In this document: positions 7,371 to 18,500 of the stretch, piece by piece
How the letters are laid out: every line of letters begins with the position of its first letter
How positions within the stretch are numbered: position 1 is the stretch's first letter
Origin: Geopsychrobacteraceae bacterium
GTDB lineage: Bacteria > Desulfobacterota > Desulfuromonadia > Desulfuromonadales > Geopsychrobacteraceae
Length of the DNA: 64,000 nucleotides
Assembly (NCBI GenBank): GCA_963662315.1
Contig: OY759353.1
Coordinates: 1,408,001-1,472,000, forward strand
Direction of reading: 5' to 3'
Notes under the pieces: model-generated
The model's database searches: none
What the model saw: only the letters and a program-made list of their open reading frames with translations
Told to the model about the DNA's origin: nothing
Translations under genes and position numbers: made by a program

Positions 7371-9227
7371 ATGAAAAAAGTCAAAAAAAATACTACCTGC
7401 CGCTTCCTGCCGGTATGTCAAAAAGATCTGGATCAACGCAACTGGGATGAACTTGACATTCTGTTTATCAGTGGCGATGCCTATATTGACCATCCGGCAT
7501 TCGGTGTTCCGCTGCTGGCCCGACTGCTCGAAAAAGCCGGTTATCGCGTCGGAATTATCGCTCAACCCGATTGGAAAGATCCGCAATCTTTAGCGCTTAT
7601 GGGGCGTCCTCGTCTGTTCGCCGCAATTTCTGCCGGCGCTATGGATTCCATGATCAATCACTACACAGCGGCAAAAAAAATCCGCCATAACGATGCGTAT
7701 ACTCCTGGCGGGAAAGCGGGTAAACGTCCCAACCGGGCAGTTATTGCCTACACCGCAGCGATCAAAGGAACGTTCAAAGGAATTCCGACGGTTATCGGTG
7801 GCATTGAAGCCAGCCTGCGCCGCTTTGCACATTATGATTATTGGGATGACAAAGTCAGGCGGTCAATTTTAGCCGACAGCAAAGCGGATCTGCTCGTCTA
7901 CGGCATGGCCGAAACCGCCCTGTTGGAAATAGCCAGGCGTCTTAGCAACAACGAAAACATTACTCAACTGACGGATATTCGAGGGACAGCCTATCTGGCC
8001 AAAGACAAACCGGCAACGGGGCTGGAGATTCCCTCATTCGATCTGGTCAGCAACGAATCATCCAGCTACAACGACGCTTTTAAAATTATCGCGCAAAACA
8101 GTAACCCGGAATCAGCCCAGCTACTCTACCAGGCCCATGGCCTGCAATACCTTATGGTTAATCCACCTGCTTTACCGTTGACCAGTAACCAGATGGATGA
8201 GATCTATGACCTACCCTACTGCCGGATACCGCACCCGATGTATACAGAAAAAATTCCGGCATATGAGCAGATCCGGCACTCTATCACCAGCCACCGCGGG
8301 TGTTTCGGCGGGTGCGCTTTTTGCGCGATTACCCATCATCAGGGGAAAACTATTCAGTCTCGATCTCAGCAGTCCATTATGGGCGAGATAGACCAACTGG
8401 TAGTGCAACCCGATTTTTTCGGAACCATCAGCGACATTGGCGGACCAACAGCAAACATGTATGGGCTGAGCTGCGGCAATCCTATCGCCCAGAAGCAATG
8501 CAACAGAGCCAGCTGCCTGTTTCCTGAGATCTGTAAAAACCTGAAGACTGGCGATCAGGCCGCTGTAAGTTTATTACGCAAGGTGCGACAGCATGAAAAA
8601 GTCAAACATGTCTTTGTAGCATCCGGTATTCGCTACGATCTGCTGGAACAACAGCAGGACTACTTTGATGACCTGTTACAGTTTCATGTCGGCGGCCTAC
8701 TGAAAATAGCCCCGGAATCGACGGTTGATAGAGTCACTGATATTATGCGAAAACCGGGAACCAGGATCCTGACCAACTTCCTAAATAAGTTTCGCGAACG
8801 GACTCACATCCTTGGTCTGCGCCAGGGGATTGTCCCCTACCTGATCAGTGGTCACCCGGGCTGCACCATCGACGATATGATTGACGTTGCCCTGTACCTT
8901 AAACGTCACCAGCTCAAAGTCGAGCAGGTCCAGGACTTCACTCCGACCCCCGGAAGCCTGTCTACCTGCATCTACTACACGGGAGCAGACCCATTCAGCG
9001 GTGAGCCGATACACGTGCCCCGCACAGTAAAAGAGAAGCGCTTACAAAAAGCCCTGCTGCTCTACCACAAACCTGAAAACAGAAGTGATATTCTCGAAGC
9101 GCTACGCCTGTGTCGGAAAGAACATCTGGCTAGCGAATTTTTCCCGACAAAAAATATGGCCAGCGAGCAACGAAGAGATTTCAGAAAACGGTCTGTAAAT
9201 TTAAAAAAAAGATCCGGAAAGCTTTGA
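7371..9227 (+). CDS. ygiQ: YgiQ family (UPF0313) radical SAM protein
   Basis: GDAYIDHPAFG, GGIEASLRRFAHYDYW, RGCFGGCAFCAI, DIGGPTANMY, EQVQDFTPTP. Confidence 0.93.
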   Translation: MKKVKKNTTCRFLPVCQKDLDQRNWDELDILFISGDAYIDHPAFGVPLLARLLEKAGYRVGIIAQPDWKDPQSLALMGRPRLFAAISAGAMDSMINHYTAAKKIRHNDAYTPGGKAGKRPNRAVIAYTAAIKGTFKGIPTVIGGIEASLRRFAHYDYWDDKVRRSILADSKADLLVYGMAETALLEIARRLSNNENITQLTDIRGTAYLAKDKPATGLEIPSFDLVSNESSSYNDAFKIIAQNSNPESAQLLYQAHGLQYLMVNPPALPLTSNQMDEIYDLPYCRIPHPMYTEKIPAYEQIRHSITSHRGCFGGCAFCAITHHQGKTIQSRSQQSIMGEIDQLVVQPDFFGTISDIGGPTANMYGLSCGNPIAQKQCNRASCLFPEICKNLKTGDQAAVSLLRKVRQHEKVKHVFVASGIRYDLLEQQQDYFDDLLQFHVGGLLKIAPESTVDRVTDIMRKPGTRILTNFLNKFRERTHILGLRQGIVPYLISGHPGCTIDDMIDVALYLKRHQLKVEQVQDFTPTPGSLSTCIYYTGADPFSGEPIHVPRTVKEKRLQKALLLYHKPENRSDILEALRLCRKEHLASEFFPTKNMASEQRRDFRKRSVNLKKRSGKL

Positions 9228-9331
9228 TATGAGTTGTATTTCTTTACTCTTTACAAACCACTAGAGTAAGGTACAAGCTTAACCAGCTAGGCAACAACCC
9301 CTGACACAACCCTATAGACAGTAAACATCAG

Positions 9332-10315
9332 ATGCATAAGATTCTTTTTTCCCTATCCCTCATCACTGCCGGGCTGATATGCGGTTATACCCTCCAACAG
9401 TATCTGCGCCATAGATACCCTGAAAGTGACATTCGTCTCATTCTGCCAAGGCTGCGCAAACTTCTTCAATATGTCAGCTTGTTGGGAATTATGCCGATTG
9501 CGTTTACCGGTGTTATCTGGATCATCTCTTTTGATAATCTAAAAGTCATCATCCTGCCATTTTTGGCCATGCTGTTATTACTATCCGGTGGGGGTATGGG
9601 GCTCATCATGTCGCACCTGATGAGAAAAAACGGGGCACAAAAAAGTGTCTTGTTCTCGTGCGGATTTTTTTCAAATCTCGGATCGGTTGGCGGGCTACTG
9701 AGTTTTGTCTTTTTAGGGGAACAAGGTTTTGCCATGCTCGCCTTCTATCGCCTGTTTGAGGAAATTCTCTATTACAGCGTCGGCTTCCCGCTGGCTAAAT
9801 ATTTCAAGACGACAGGCACCATCAGGATGAATATCTTGCAGAGGGTTGGCGAGGTCATAAAAGACCCACTTTTTATTGCGGCCACCAGCTCTTTCGTTAT
9901 CGGGATGGTGTTAAATGTGTCAGGAGTTCACAGACCTGCGCAATATGAAGTACTGAACAGCTATTTCGTGCCCGTCGGCACCTTCATGCTCCTCATGTCG
10001 ATCGGTTTAGGAATGCGCTTTTCAAGCTTCCGTCATAACCTAAAAGAGGGACTGATCATGGCAGGGATAAAACACCTGTGTCTGCCCATTGTTGGTGCCA
10101 GCAGCGCATGGCTGCTTGGCTTTCACCACATTGAGGATGGTCTGCCATTTAAAATTGTCTTGCTGGGCACATCAATGCCGATTGCTTTCAATGGCCTCGT
10201 AATCGCCTCCATGTATGACCTCGATCTGGACCTTGCCAATACCTGCTGGCTCATCTCCACCTTGACTCTTATCCTCGTGGTTCCGGCCCTCTATCTGATT
10301 TTTTCTTTCATCTAG
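9332..10315 (+). CDS. AEC (auxin efflux carrier) family membrane transporter
   Basis: About 10 TM helices; FSNLGSVGG and SMPIAFN..DLDLDLAN motifs typical of AEC permeases. Confidence 0.7.
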   Translation: MHKILFSLSLITAGLICGYTLQQYLRHRYPESDIRLILPRLRKLLQYVSLLGIMPIAFTGVIWIISFDNLKVIILPFLAMLLLLSGGGMGLIMSHLMRKNGAQKSVLFSCGFFSNLGSVGGLLSFVFLGEQGFAMLAFYRLFEEILYYSVGFPLAKYFKTTGTIRMNILQRVGEVIKDPLFIAATSSFVIGMVLNVSGVHRPAQYEVLNSYFVPVGTFMLLMSIGLGMRFSSFRHNLKEGLIMAGIKHLCLPIVGASSAWLLGFHHIEDGLPFKIVLLGTSMPIAFNGLVIASMYDLDLDLANTCWLISTLTLILVVPALYLIFSFI

Positions 10316-10788
10316 TCCGATAACAGCGAATCATAAAACAAAGATCAAACAACATTCAACAAAACCCGTACCAGATAGTCTGCATAGCCAGATTCCCCCG
10401 GCATCACAGCACGACAACCAAACCGAACCAAGCAAAACCACACAACAAATAGAACAAAGGCAAACTCGCCACATCCTCATGCAACGTTCCTCTCACTCTA
10501 CAGATGCACAATATCATATATTATTTTTCCAATTATATTTCGAATAGTTATTAAAAAATATCACGTCTTCCGCAGAAAACGTCATAATCGCCCCACAACT
10601 GTATTTTTTTACCCTAAATAAAATTTCCCTTGACAAAGACCACCATTTCTTGATTCTCTGCGATATATAAAAACATTGTTTTACTCATATACAGAAAAAC
10701 CTAATTCACTACCTACAAAACAACGATAATTTAGTACCTGAAGTGTTGAAATAATTTTATCTGTTTTATTTTCTAAGGGACGAGAGAC

Positions 10789-12513
10789 ATGGCAAAAACA
10801 CTAATCAAGCCTTCTTTGCAAAATCCACTGGAGACAAAGAAAGAGATCGAGTTCACTATCCCTGGAGAGATTGTTGGGCTGACCGGGGGTTACGAAGAGG
10901 TCATGAAAGAAGGACATGACCTGATCGAGCGACCCATCAAATCGGTGGCGGTCGGCCAGATTGAAAAGCAACACTTTAAGAAGCGTATGACGGTCTGGGA
11001 ACGGATCAAGGTATTGACCCAGGAAGAACCGAACATTCTGTTCCAGAACTGGGGTAAAAATCTGGACGGGGCGTCCCTGGTGACCGGCATATTGAACATC
11101 CGGGGGCGCGATGTCGCCGTTTACGGTCACGATTTTACCGTAAGAGCAGGCTCTATCGATGCGACCAACGGTCAGAAGCTGGCGCGCCTGATGTATATGG
11201 CCGGAGAGAAAGGGATTCCCCTGATCGGCATGAATGACTCTGCCGGCGCATTTGTTCCCGCCGGTGTCGGTGGCCTTGATGGTTATGCCGAAGCCTTTAC
11301 CGCATTACGTAAAATCAGCGGTGTCATTCCAACTATTATGTGCATGTTTGGCTTCAATGCCGGTGGTGGCTCATACCTGCCACGCCAGGGGAGCTTTGTC
11401 ATTCAGCCGGAGGACACCTTTTTCGGTCTCACCGGACCAGGCGTTGTCAAATCAGTCCTCGGTGAAGACATTTCCCCAGAAGAGCTTGGGGGACCCAAAG
11501 TTCATGGAGCTACCGGCGTTGCCGACCTGACCGTAGCCGATGAAACAGCGGCTTTGCGAACGGCCATCCGCCTGCTCAGCTATATTCCCGATAACAACCA
11601 TTCCATGGCACCGTTCCTGGAAACCAGTGACCCGCTTGACCGAAAAACCTGGGAAATCAACACATTGCTGAAAAAAGCTTTCAACTCGCCAACCGGCTTC
11701 AACACCCCCTTCGATGTTTCCATCATTATTCAACAGATTTGTGACCACGGAGATTACTTTGAGGTTCAGCCTACCAGGGCCAGAGAGGCAATCACCGCTT
11801 TTGGTCGTTTGGGTGGGAATGTTGTCGGTTTCGTCGCCAACAACTCTGCGGTTGCATCGGGGCAGATAGACTGCGATTCGGCCCTTAAAATTGCCCGCTT
11901 TGTCCGCTTCTGCAATATTTACAATATCCCGCTGATTTTCATGGAAGACACCACCGGGTTCCTCCCTGGACGTGAGCAGGAAGCACGCGGTATCGTCCAG
12001 GCTGGGCGTTCGATGCTCGATGCCATTGTTGATGTCAGAACCCCGCGTATTCTGCTTATATTGCGTAATGCCTTTGGTGGCGCGTACGCTTCCTACAACA
12101 ACTATCCGACCGGAGCCGACCTGGTTCTGGCTCTACCGACCACTCGCCTTGCTGTTATGGGCCCGGCGGGGAAGGAATTCGTCTACAAATCGGAACTGCG
12201 TAAAATTCGGGGAACAGTCAAACAGCGCATTGTTACCGGCATTCAGGAACGGACCAAAGCTGGCATGGACGGTGAAGAAGCGAAAAAAGATGCCGAAAAG
12301 GAAGCGGCTGAATGGCTGAAGCTTGAGGAAGCCGCCCTCAACCAGCGCTATGAAAAAGAGTTGATGAACCCCAAAGAAGGACTTGCTCTCGGGTCTATCT
12401 CTTCATTGGTCATGCCAACGGACCTGCGCAAGGTCCTGGGCGAGAATCTCAATTTCTTCCTGCGTCATTACAAAGCCAGTGCCTGGCAGGAAGTTCAGCG
12501 CGAATTCCACTGA
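10789..12513 (+). CDS. Biotin-dependent acyl-CoA carboxylase, carboxyltransferase subunit
   Basis: [47 protein letters not shown]. Confidence 0.92.
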   Translation: MAKTLIKPSLQNPLETKKEIEFTIPGEIVGLTGGYEEVMKEGHDLIERPIKSVAVGQIEKQHFKKRMTVWERIKVLTQEEPNILFQNWGKNLDGASLVTGILNIRGRDVAVYGHDFTVRAGSIDATNGQKLARLMYMAGEKGIPLIGMNDSAGAFVPAGVGGLDGYAEAFTALRKISGVIPTIMCMFGFNAGGGSYLPRQGSFVIQPEDTFFGLTGPGVVKSVLGEDISPEELGGPKVHGATGVADLTVADETAALRTAIRLLSYIPDNNHSMAPFLETSDPLDRKTWEINTLLKKAFNSPTGFNTPFDVSIIIQQICDHGDYFEVQPTRAREAITAFGRLGGNVVGFVANNSAVASGQIDCDSALKIARFVRFCNIYNIPLIFMEDTTGFLPGREQEARGIVQAGRSMLDAIVDVRTPRILLILRNAFGGAYASYNNYPTGADLVLALPTTRLAVMGPAGKEFVYKSELRKIRGTVKQRIVTGIQERTKAGMDGEEAKKDAEKEAAEWLKLEEAALNQRYEKELMNPKEGLALGSISSLVMPTDLRKVLGENLNFFLRHYKASAWQEVQREFH

Positions 12514-12570
12514 TCCGAACCTTTACGCGAGTTGATGACTGGTGACTGATTGCTATTGGAGAGAAACAAG

Positions 12571-15447
12571 ATGGCTCAAAATATAGATAACTACCTGAAA
12601 AATACTTTAATTCACAAAGATCGCCGACTGTCCCATGCGCCATCCAAATGGGTCCGGTCGTTTTCCTGTGAAAACCTGAAACCCCTGATTGTCTGCCGTG
12701 GTCCGATCAGGAAAGAAGCGATGGATGTTTATGACGAGATGGGCATCAGCCACTACGGTATTCTGCTCTCCGAAAAAGATTCCATTGTCTACCCCAATGC
12801 CCTGTCGCCGGAACTGCGCAAACTGACCGACAACAGCCGCGTTCATCGCGTTCCTGACTATACCGGAGCCAGCAAAGAAGAACGGATTGAACGCATCAAT
12901 CAGATCATAGCTACCGCCAAGGATAATGGCTACGATAGTATTTTCGCCGGATACGGATTCATGGCTGAAGACGATGAGTTTGTCGAAGCAATAGAAACCG
13001 CGGGCCTGAAATTTATTGGCCCCTGCTCGGGCACACAACGCGCTGCAGGCAAGAAAGATGAAGCGAAAAGGACAGCCTTGCAGGTCGATGTGTCTGTCAC
13101 CCCCGGCATTGACAACGTTACCGCCAGAACCCTGCTGAAAAAACATAAAACCTTTGATCAGCTGGTCGCCCTGGCCAAAGCGGAAGATCTTGACATTCCA
13201 CTGGAGACGCTCGCTTCTAAGGACATCAGCCTTGAGGATCTGGCGGATATCATCCTGTTTGCTTCCTATGACAAAGGGATCGATCTGTTTTCCATTGAAG
13301 AACTGTGTGCCCAGGTTGAATCAGAGTGCGCAGCCATGTTCAAAGCTTATCCTGGCGCCCGGATCCGTCTGAAAGCTATCGGTGGCGGTGGCGGCAAAGG
13401 ACAGCGCATTCTTGGAGCTTCCCTGCTGACCTGCAAAGAACCTACAGAAAAACAGATCAGTTCCGCCGCAAGCGATGCCCCCGGACTGGTGCGTGAAATT
13501 CTCAGTGAAGTTAAGGCCAACGGAATCGGCGACAATAAAAACATTCTGATTGAGCTGAATATAGAACAGACCCGCCACAATGAAATTCAACTTTTAGGCA
13601 ACGGCCAGTGGTGTATCGCCCTGGGTGGTCGCGATTGCTCCTTGCAGATGCATGAACAGAAACTGCTGGAAATCTCTGTAACCCAGGAAAGTCTGCAGGC
13701 AGAAATCAGTAAAGCGAAAAAAGCCAAACTGACCGCACAGGCCAAAGCCCTGGCATCGGACCTTGAAGTCTTAAGACGAATGGAGTCAGAGTCGGAGCGC
13801 TTTGGTGAGGCCGTCGGTCTCGATTCGGCATCGACCTTTGAGTGTATAGTCGATGGCAGCCGTCACTACTTCATGGAAGTAAACACCCGCATTCAGGTTG
13901 AACACAGGGTGACCGAACTGGTATACAGTCTGAAATTCACCAATCCGAAAAACAAGGATGATTTCTTCATCGTCGAATCGCTGGTGGAAGCTATGGCTCT
14001 GCTGGCCATGCACAAAGAGCGCCTACCCCGCCCGGAGCGCCTACCCCGCTTTGGAGCCGCAGCAGAAGCACGCCTCAATGCAACCGACATTTCTCTGTCA
14101 CCAAGCGCCGGCGGTTACATCCGCTACTGGTCAAAACCTATCGACGGTGAAATCCGTGATGATCAGGGGATCTGCATTCCAAATCCTGACACCGGTCAAT
14201 TTATGCGTTATCACCTGGCTGGGGCCTATGATTCAAACATCGCCCTGCTGCTGACCAAAGGGGAGAACCGTATCTCCAGCTACGACCATCTGGCCAAAGT
14301 GCTCAGATCAACCGTATTGCGCGGCAGCAACCTGGCCACCAACCTCAGCTTCCACTATGGACTGGTCAACTGGTTCCGTGGCAACAACGTCATGGCCAAA
14401 CCGACAACGCGCTTTGTCGTTCCCTATCTGACCATGGTCGGTAAACTTAAAGAAGAAGCCCTGAAACTTGATGTTGTTTACGCGTTTTTGGCCATGAAAA
14501 AATATTACGCCGGTCAATATGCCGGTGAGCCAGAAATTGCCAAGGTCGTTTCCGAAACCCTTGACCGTAAAGGCACCTTACTGACCCGCCCGATGGAGAT
14601 GCTGCTCAACGATCCTCACCTGCTTTCAGGTTGGCTAAGTATCAATAAAGATAAATTCAAGATCACCAAAGGACGACTGGTGTGGCAATGCAACCCTCTT
14701 GTTGTTCTCGAAGAAACCTATGAGTTCCTCAACATGAATTGGCGTCCAGAAGCTCCAGCCGCAGAGGTTACCTGGTCCCATGACAAAGAACTGCTGGATA
14801 GTGCTCTCGCTTTTTACAGTGAACTCCGTAGCAAATTTGGCGTCACCAAAGGGCAGTTTGCCAAGCTTAATGAAACCCTCGCCAAAAGCAAACCGCAGGG
14901 AGGCTTTGACGAAGAAACCTGGCAAAAGATTCAAGAGGCTCACAGTGGTTATGAAATCGGCAACGAAATCCTTGGCCTGTTGTTTATCATTGCTGAAAAT
15001 ACCAATTTTTATGATTTCACGGTGGAGAGCGATCTGAATGTAACGATTCCTGAGTACCTGCACGATCCGGAATTACAGGCGGCCATGAAAAAAATTCTGG
15101 TCCCGCCACTGGCCACCAAAGCCGATGAGGTTGTCGCTCCGGGTGGTGGGATGTATTACGGCCAGGAAGCTCCCGGCATGCCAGCCTTTGTTAAAGAAGG
15201 CGACCATTTCGAGAAGGGGCAGCCACTGTTCATTCTTGAGGTCATGAAAATGTTCAACAAGGTTCCGGCGCCATTTTCCGGTACCATCGACAAGATACTC
15301 ATCGAAAGTGGCGATGGAACGATTGTTTCCAAAGGACAGCCTCTTTTCAAAGTGACTCCGGATGAAAAATTTGTTGAAATTGACCCGCAGAAGATAGCCC
15401 TGGAAAAACAGCATACCACAGCAGCGTATCTGCAGGCGGTATATTAA
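12571..15447 (+). CDS. Biotin carboxylase fused to a biotin carboxyl carrier domain
   Basis: GYGFMAE, KAIGGGGGKG, RDCSLQ..QKL, FMEVNTRIQVEHRVTE; biotinylation motif EVMKM; ATG 12571 after a GGAG RBS. Confidence 0.92.
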   Translation: MAQNIDNYLKNTLIHKDRRLSHAPSKWVRSFSCENLKPLIVCRGPIRKEAMDVYDEMGISHYGILLSEKDSIVYPNALSPELRKLTDNSRVHRVPDYTGASKEERIERINQIIATAKDNGYDSIFAGYGFMAEDDEFVEAIETAGLKFIGPCSGTQRAAGKKDEAKRTALQVDVSVTPGIDNVTARTLLKKHKTFDQLVALAKAEDLDIPLETLASKDISLEDLADIILFASYDKGIDLFSIEELCAQVESECAAMFKAYPGARIRLKAIGGGGGKGQRILGASLLTCKEPTEKQISSAASDAPGLVREILSEVKANGIGDNKNILIELNIEQTRHNEIQLLGNGQWCIALGGRDCSLQMHEQKLLEISVTQESLQAEISKAKKAKLTAQAKALASDLEVLRRMESESERFGEAVGLDSASTFECIVDGSRHYFMEVNTRIQVEHRVTELVYSLKFTNPKNKDDFFIVESLVEAMALLAMHKERLPRPERLPRFGAAAEARLNATDISLSPSAGGYIRYWSKPIDGEIRDDQGICIPNPDTGQFMRYHLAGAYDSNIALLLTKGENRISSYDHLAKVLRSTVLRGSNLATNLSFHYGLVNWFRGNNVMAKPTTRFVVPYLTMVGKLKEEALKLDVVYAFLAMKKYYAGQYAGEPEIAKVVSETLDRKGTLLTRPMEMLLNDPHLLSGWLSINKDKFKITKGRLVWQCNPLVVLEETYEFLNMNWRPEAPAAEVTWSHDKELLDSALAFYSELRSKFGVTKGQFAKLNETLAKSKPQGGFDEETWQKIQEAHSGYEIGNEILGLLFIIAENTNFYDFTVESDLNVTIPEYLHDPELQAAMKKILVPPLATKADEVVAPGGGMYYGQEAPGMPAFVKEGDHFEKGQPLFILEVMKMFNKVPAPFSGTIDKILIESGDGTIVSKGQPLFKVTPDEKFVEIDPQKIALEKQHTTAAYLQAVY

Positions 15448-15486
15448 CTCTAGGCCTTCAGGTTACGGCCCCTGACATGAAATTTA

Positions 15487-15520
15487 AGCTGGCCCATCTC
15501 CCTATGCTGATGGGCCAACT
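15487..15520. terminator. Hairpin terminator between convergent genes
   Basis: TGGCCCATC ... GATGGGCCA stem. Confidence 0.6.
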
Positions 15521-15541
15521 TCAAAAATAGATCGGAGCTCT

Positions 15542-18500
15542 TCAGGTTGATTTATCCAGAACTGTGCGTATAATTTGTGCCAATTCGGCCAGATTTAGAG
15601 GTTTTGTACAGAACGCATCAATGCCCATCTCTTTCGCTTTCGCTTCAGAAACTTTGGAACTATAACCGGTGCATAGAATCGTCGGAAGAACAATACCTTT
15701 TTCCTTGAGGGCACTAAACAATTCCACCCCGGTCATATCAGGCATCGTCTGATCAACAATCAATAGTTCAAAATCAGCTGAATTTCGCTGTATTAAGGCA
15801 AAAGCTTCCAGACTATTGGTTGTTGCCGTAACCTGATAACCGAGAGATGCCAACATCATTTCGTTGACATTGGCCAAACTCTCATCATCATCAACATACA
15901 ATATGCGTTCCTTCCCATATTGTATGTCGTGAGATTCGACTCCTTCCGAGAGCAACTTTTGTCCAAGCAGCGGAAAATAAAGTTCAAACTGGGTCCCGTA
16001 GCCCAACTCACTGCTGACTTCGATGACACCACCGGAATTCTTTACAAATCCCATCACGGTCGATAATCCGATGCCCGTCCCTTCACTGAGGCCCTTGGTC
16101 GTAAAAAATGGATCAAAAATCTGGTCCATTATCTCTACAGGAATGCCGCAACCCGTATCCTGAAAGGCAATGCGGGCAAAGACTCCGGGCCGGCAACCAT
16201 CTTTAAATAAAACGGGAATATCCTCTTCTTCAAGTGTAGCAACATCGAGAATAATCTTCAGATCCCCCTTTTCTTCCATGGCATAGGATGCATTATTTGC
16301 AAGATTCAGCATTGCTTCCTGAATACTGGACGCGGAGGCATTAATAGTGAGTTGCTGTTGGGGATTACGTACCTGATAAGCAAGGCGGATAGATGATGGC
16401 AAGATGGAGCGTAAAAAGACAATCGTCTCGTCCATGATCTGATTCAGGTTCAATGCCGTTTTGACATTACTTTTCTTATGACTGTAAAGCATGACCTGAT
16501 CAATCAGATTACGAGTTCTCATGATTGCAAGTTTGGCTTTATCAAGATAACTACCAACATCCTCCTGACCGGCCAGCCTGAGTTTGGCCATCTCGACATT
16601 GCCTAAAATAACCGAAAGGCTGTTATTAAAATTATGAGAAATACCACCAGACATGATACCAATGGCTTCCATCTTATACTTCTGGCGCAACTCAGCCTCT
16701 AATTCTGCATGTCTCTTCTCCGCCTTTTTACGCTGATCAATATTTTCAATAATTGATATAAAAAACTCGACCTGACCATCTGCGCTGTCACGCACGGCAC
16801 TGACGGTCAGATTAATCCAAAGCAGTGATTTATCTTTGCGGACATACCTTTTTTCCATTGAGTATGTCTCAATGTCTCCAGCTATCACTCCCCGGAAATG
16901 GCCAAGATCGATATCTAGATCTTCCGGATAAGTAATGTCCTGAAAAGTGAGCTGTTCAAGCTCTTCTCTGGAATAACCCAGCATGTCACAAACCCGCCCA
17001 TTAACACGTTGCCAGCTTCCGTCCTTGCCGATCTTAGCCATACCGACTGCAGCCTGATTAAAAATGGCTTCCAGTTCTTTTTCTCTTCGTAAAACGGCTT
17101 CCTGCGCTAACTTGATTGCAGTGATATCCTCGGTGAAAAGTATAATGCCACCAACATCTTCAGCACCAGTAAACCAGGGATGAATCTCCCAGCGTATCCA
17201 TTGAACCTGACCATCAGCCCGAACAAAACGATCTCCCTCCGAATGAATAAACTCCCCGCGCATTCCCCGCAGGTGTGCTTGCCGCCACTCATCAGGGATA
17301 TCAGGAAATATCTGGTAGTACGAAACTCCTTCTAGGACGACCTCGTTCAAACCATAATCACACCTCCAGCGCTGGCTGACCGCGAGGTACTTCATATCAG
17401 TGTCGAACATGGCTAGTGCAACCGGGGCATGCTCAATAAAAAGGCGCATAATTTCTTTATGTTCAGCAAGTTCGCGCTCCATCTTGACCCGGTTGGAGAT
17501 ATCCAGAAATACGGCCAAAGCCCCCCGGGGTTCATTCACAGAATTTTTCAGCGGTACAATATTGCCAAACAAAGATATTTTGGAACCATCTTCAAAAACC
17601 AGGTCTTCTTCAACGTTGGATAATTGTTCTCCCGTAGCGGCGACCTTTTCGAGCGGGAACTCTCCTCTTCTTAACTCCTGACCTCCGGAAAATACTTTAA
17701 AATTCTTAGTCTGTTGGTCATCAAACACCTGATCGACAATACAATCGCCAGAGCTCAGGTTTAACAGGGCCTGTCCGGCCTGATTCGCTTCTATGGTCGT
17801 CGTATGTGCATCCCTCGTCATAAAAACCGCCGCAGGAACGGCATCCATCAACGCTGCAAGCTCCTCCGCACGTAACCGTTGCAGCTCTTCACTCTCAATC
17901 AATAACTGCTGTTGGCGTCTTTCTTCAGAAATATCATGAGCAATGGAAGCACAAGCGACGACCTCTCTTACAGCATTAAAAATGGGGGTTAAGCTGAGAG
18001 AAACCGGGATCACATTGCGGTCCTTTCCCCAGCGCTCCGTTTCAATTCTGGAAACTTTTTCCCCATGACGTATTTTATCCGTAATCACGCTTATCTCATG
18101 ACGTCGCTCCGGCGGAATAATCTTGCTAATATTTTGTCCAACCATCTCTGCGGCCATATAACCATAAAGATTTTCAGCGCCCTCGTTCCAGCTGGTCACC
18201 TCACCATCAAGGGTCTGACCAATGATCGCGTCAGAGGTTGTTTCAACAATTGCAGCCAGCTGAGCCCGTTCCCGTTCTGCATTATGCCGGTAGGTAATAT
18301 CAGTAAAGGTCAAAACGACTCCGTCAATCACGTCTGCAGCTGTACGATATGGCAACACTCGCACCAGATAGTGGTTGTGATCTTTAGTGACAATCTCCCG
18401 TTCAACAGGTTGCAGTGTGTTAAGAACTTTTCTGGCATCAGCACCCAGTTGTTGATCACTGATTCTGCCAGACAGGTGTGCGAATGGTCGCCCAATATCT

